Assembly: GCF_963921235.1 (NCBI RefSeq)
Contig: NC_086097.1
Coordinates: forward strand, 6,882,001 to 6,946,000
Length of the DNA stretch: 64,000 bases
From: Mobula hypostoma
Taxonomy: Eukaryota
Direction of reading: 5' to 3'
Below are positions 63,701 to 64,000 of the stretch, in pieces (the first letter of the stretch is position 1; each line of letters opens with the position of its first letter). A program made the translations under genes and the position numbers. The notes under the pieces are model-generated. The model was not told the origin of the DNA, did not search any database, and was given only the letters and a program-made list of their open reading frames with translations.

Positions 63701-64000
63701 TGTTAACTGTTCTGGTTAACAACGGATGGTGCAATCTGGGTCATATTACGATCGAGGAACATGTTTGTAGACTGGATATTGAACTTTTTGCTGTTGGACT
63801 CCGGCCATATTCCACCGAGAAACAACACTGGGCGTCACGGGAGGTTGTTCCTGCCTATGGCCGTCGAACTTTGTAGCTCCTCCCATGGAGGGTCAGACAC
63901 CCTGAGCCAATAGGCTGGTCCTGGACTTATTTCCATCTGGCATAGTTTACATTTTGTTGTTTGATTGTTTGTGGTTTTTGTATTGCTATATTTATGCTCT
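63701..64000 (+). mobile_element. Internally deleted Rex1 (endonuclease piece fused to the 3' end), runs off the window edge
   Basis: VLVNNGWCNLGHITIEEHVCRLDIELFAVGLRPY (Rex1 EN-like) is joined at about 63810 to sequence matching 28388-28510 (ggagggtcagacaccctgagccaataggctgg). Confidence 0.75.

Overview
This window is repeat-saturated eukaryotic non-coding DNA. The repeat repertoire (CR1 LINEs, HE1-like V-SINEs, GIY-YIG Penelope elements, Rex1, Tx1) points to a cartilaginous fish, probably a ray; that assignment is an inference. I found no convincing host protein-coding exon, and nearly all listed ORFs are transposon remnants or antisense noise. Main contents: (1) many CR1 copies, one near full length with an SGNH-esterase ORF1 and EN/RT ORF2; (2) a full-length but disrupted Passport-like Tc1 transposon; (3) a 15-kb nested cluster at 21570-36612, in which a Penelope-like element (PLE) contains a Mag-like Gypsy provirus that in turn contains CR1s, Rex1, a SINE-like element and a solo LTR with its own PLE insert; (4) about 18 minimal hammerhead-ribozyme motifs in PLE pseudo-LTRs, four of them with intact cores in near-identical young copies; (5) several TSD-flanked palindromic PLE insertions built from inverted pseudo-LTRs. 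The hammerhead/PLE system is the most notable functional signal. Hammerheads in PLEs are known in general, so any novelty is limited to this family and its insertion patterns. All coordinates and alignments were read by eye.
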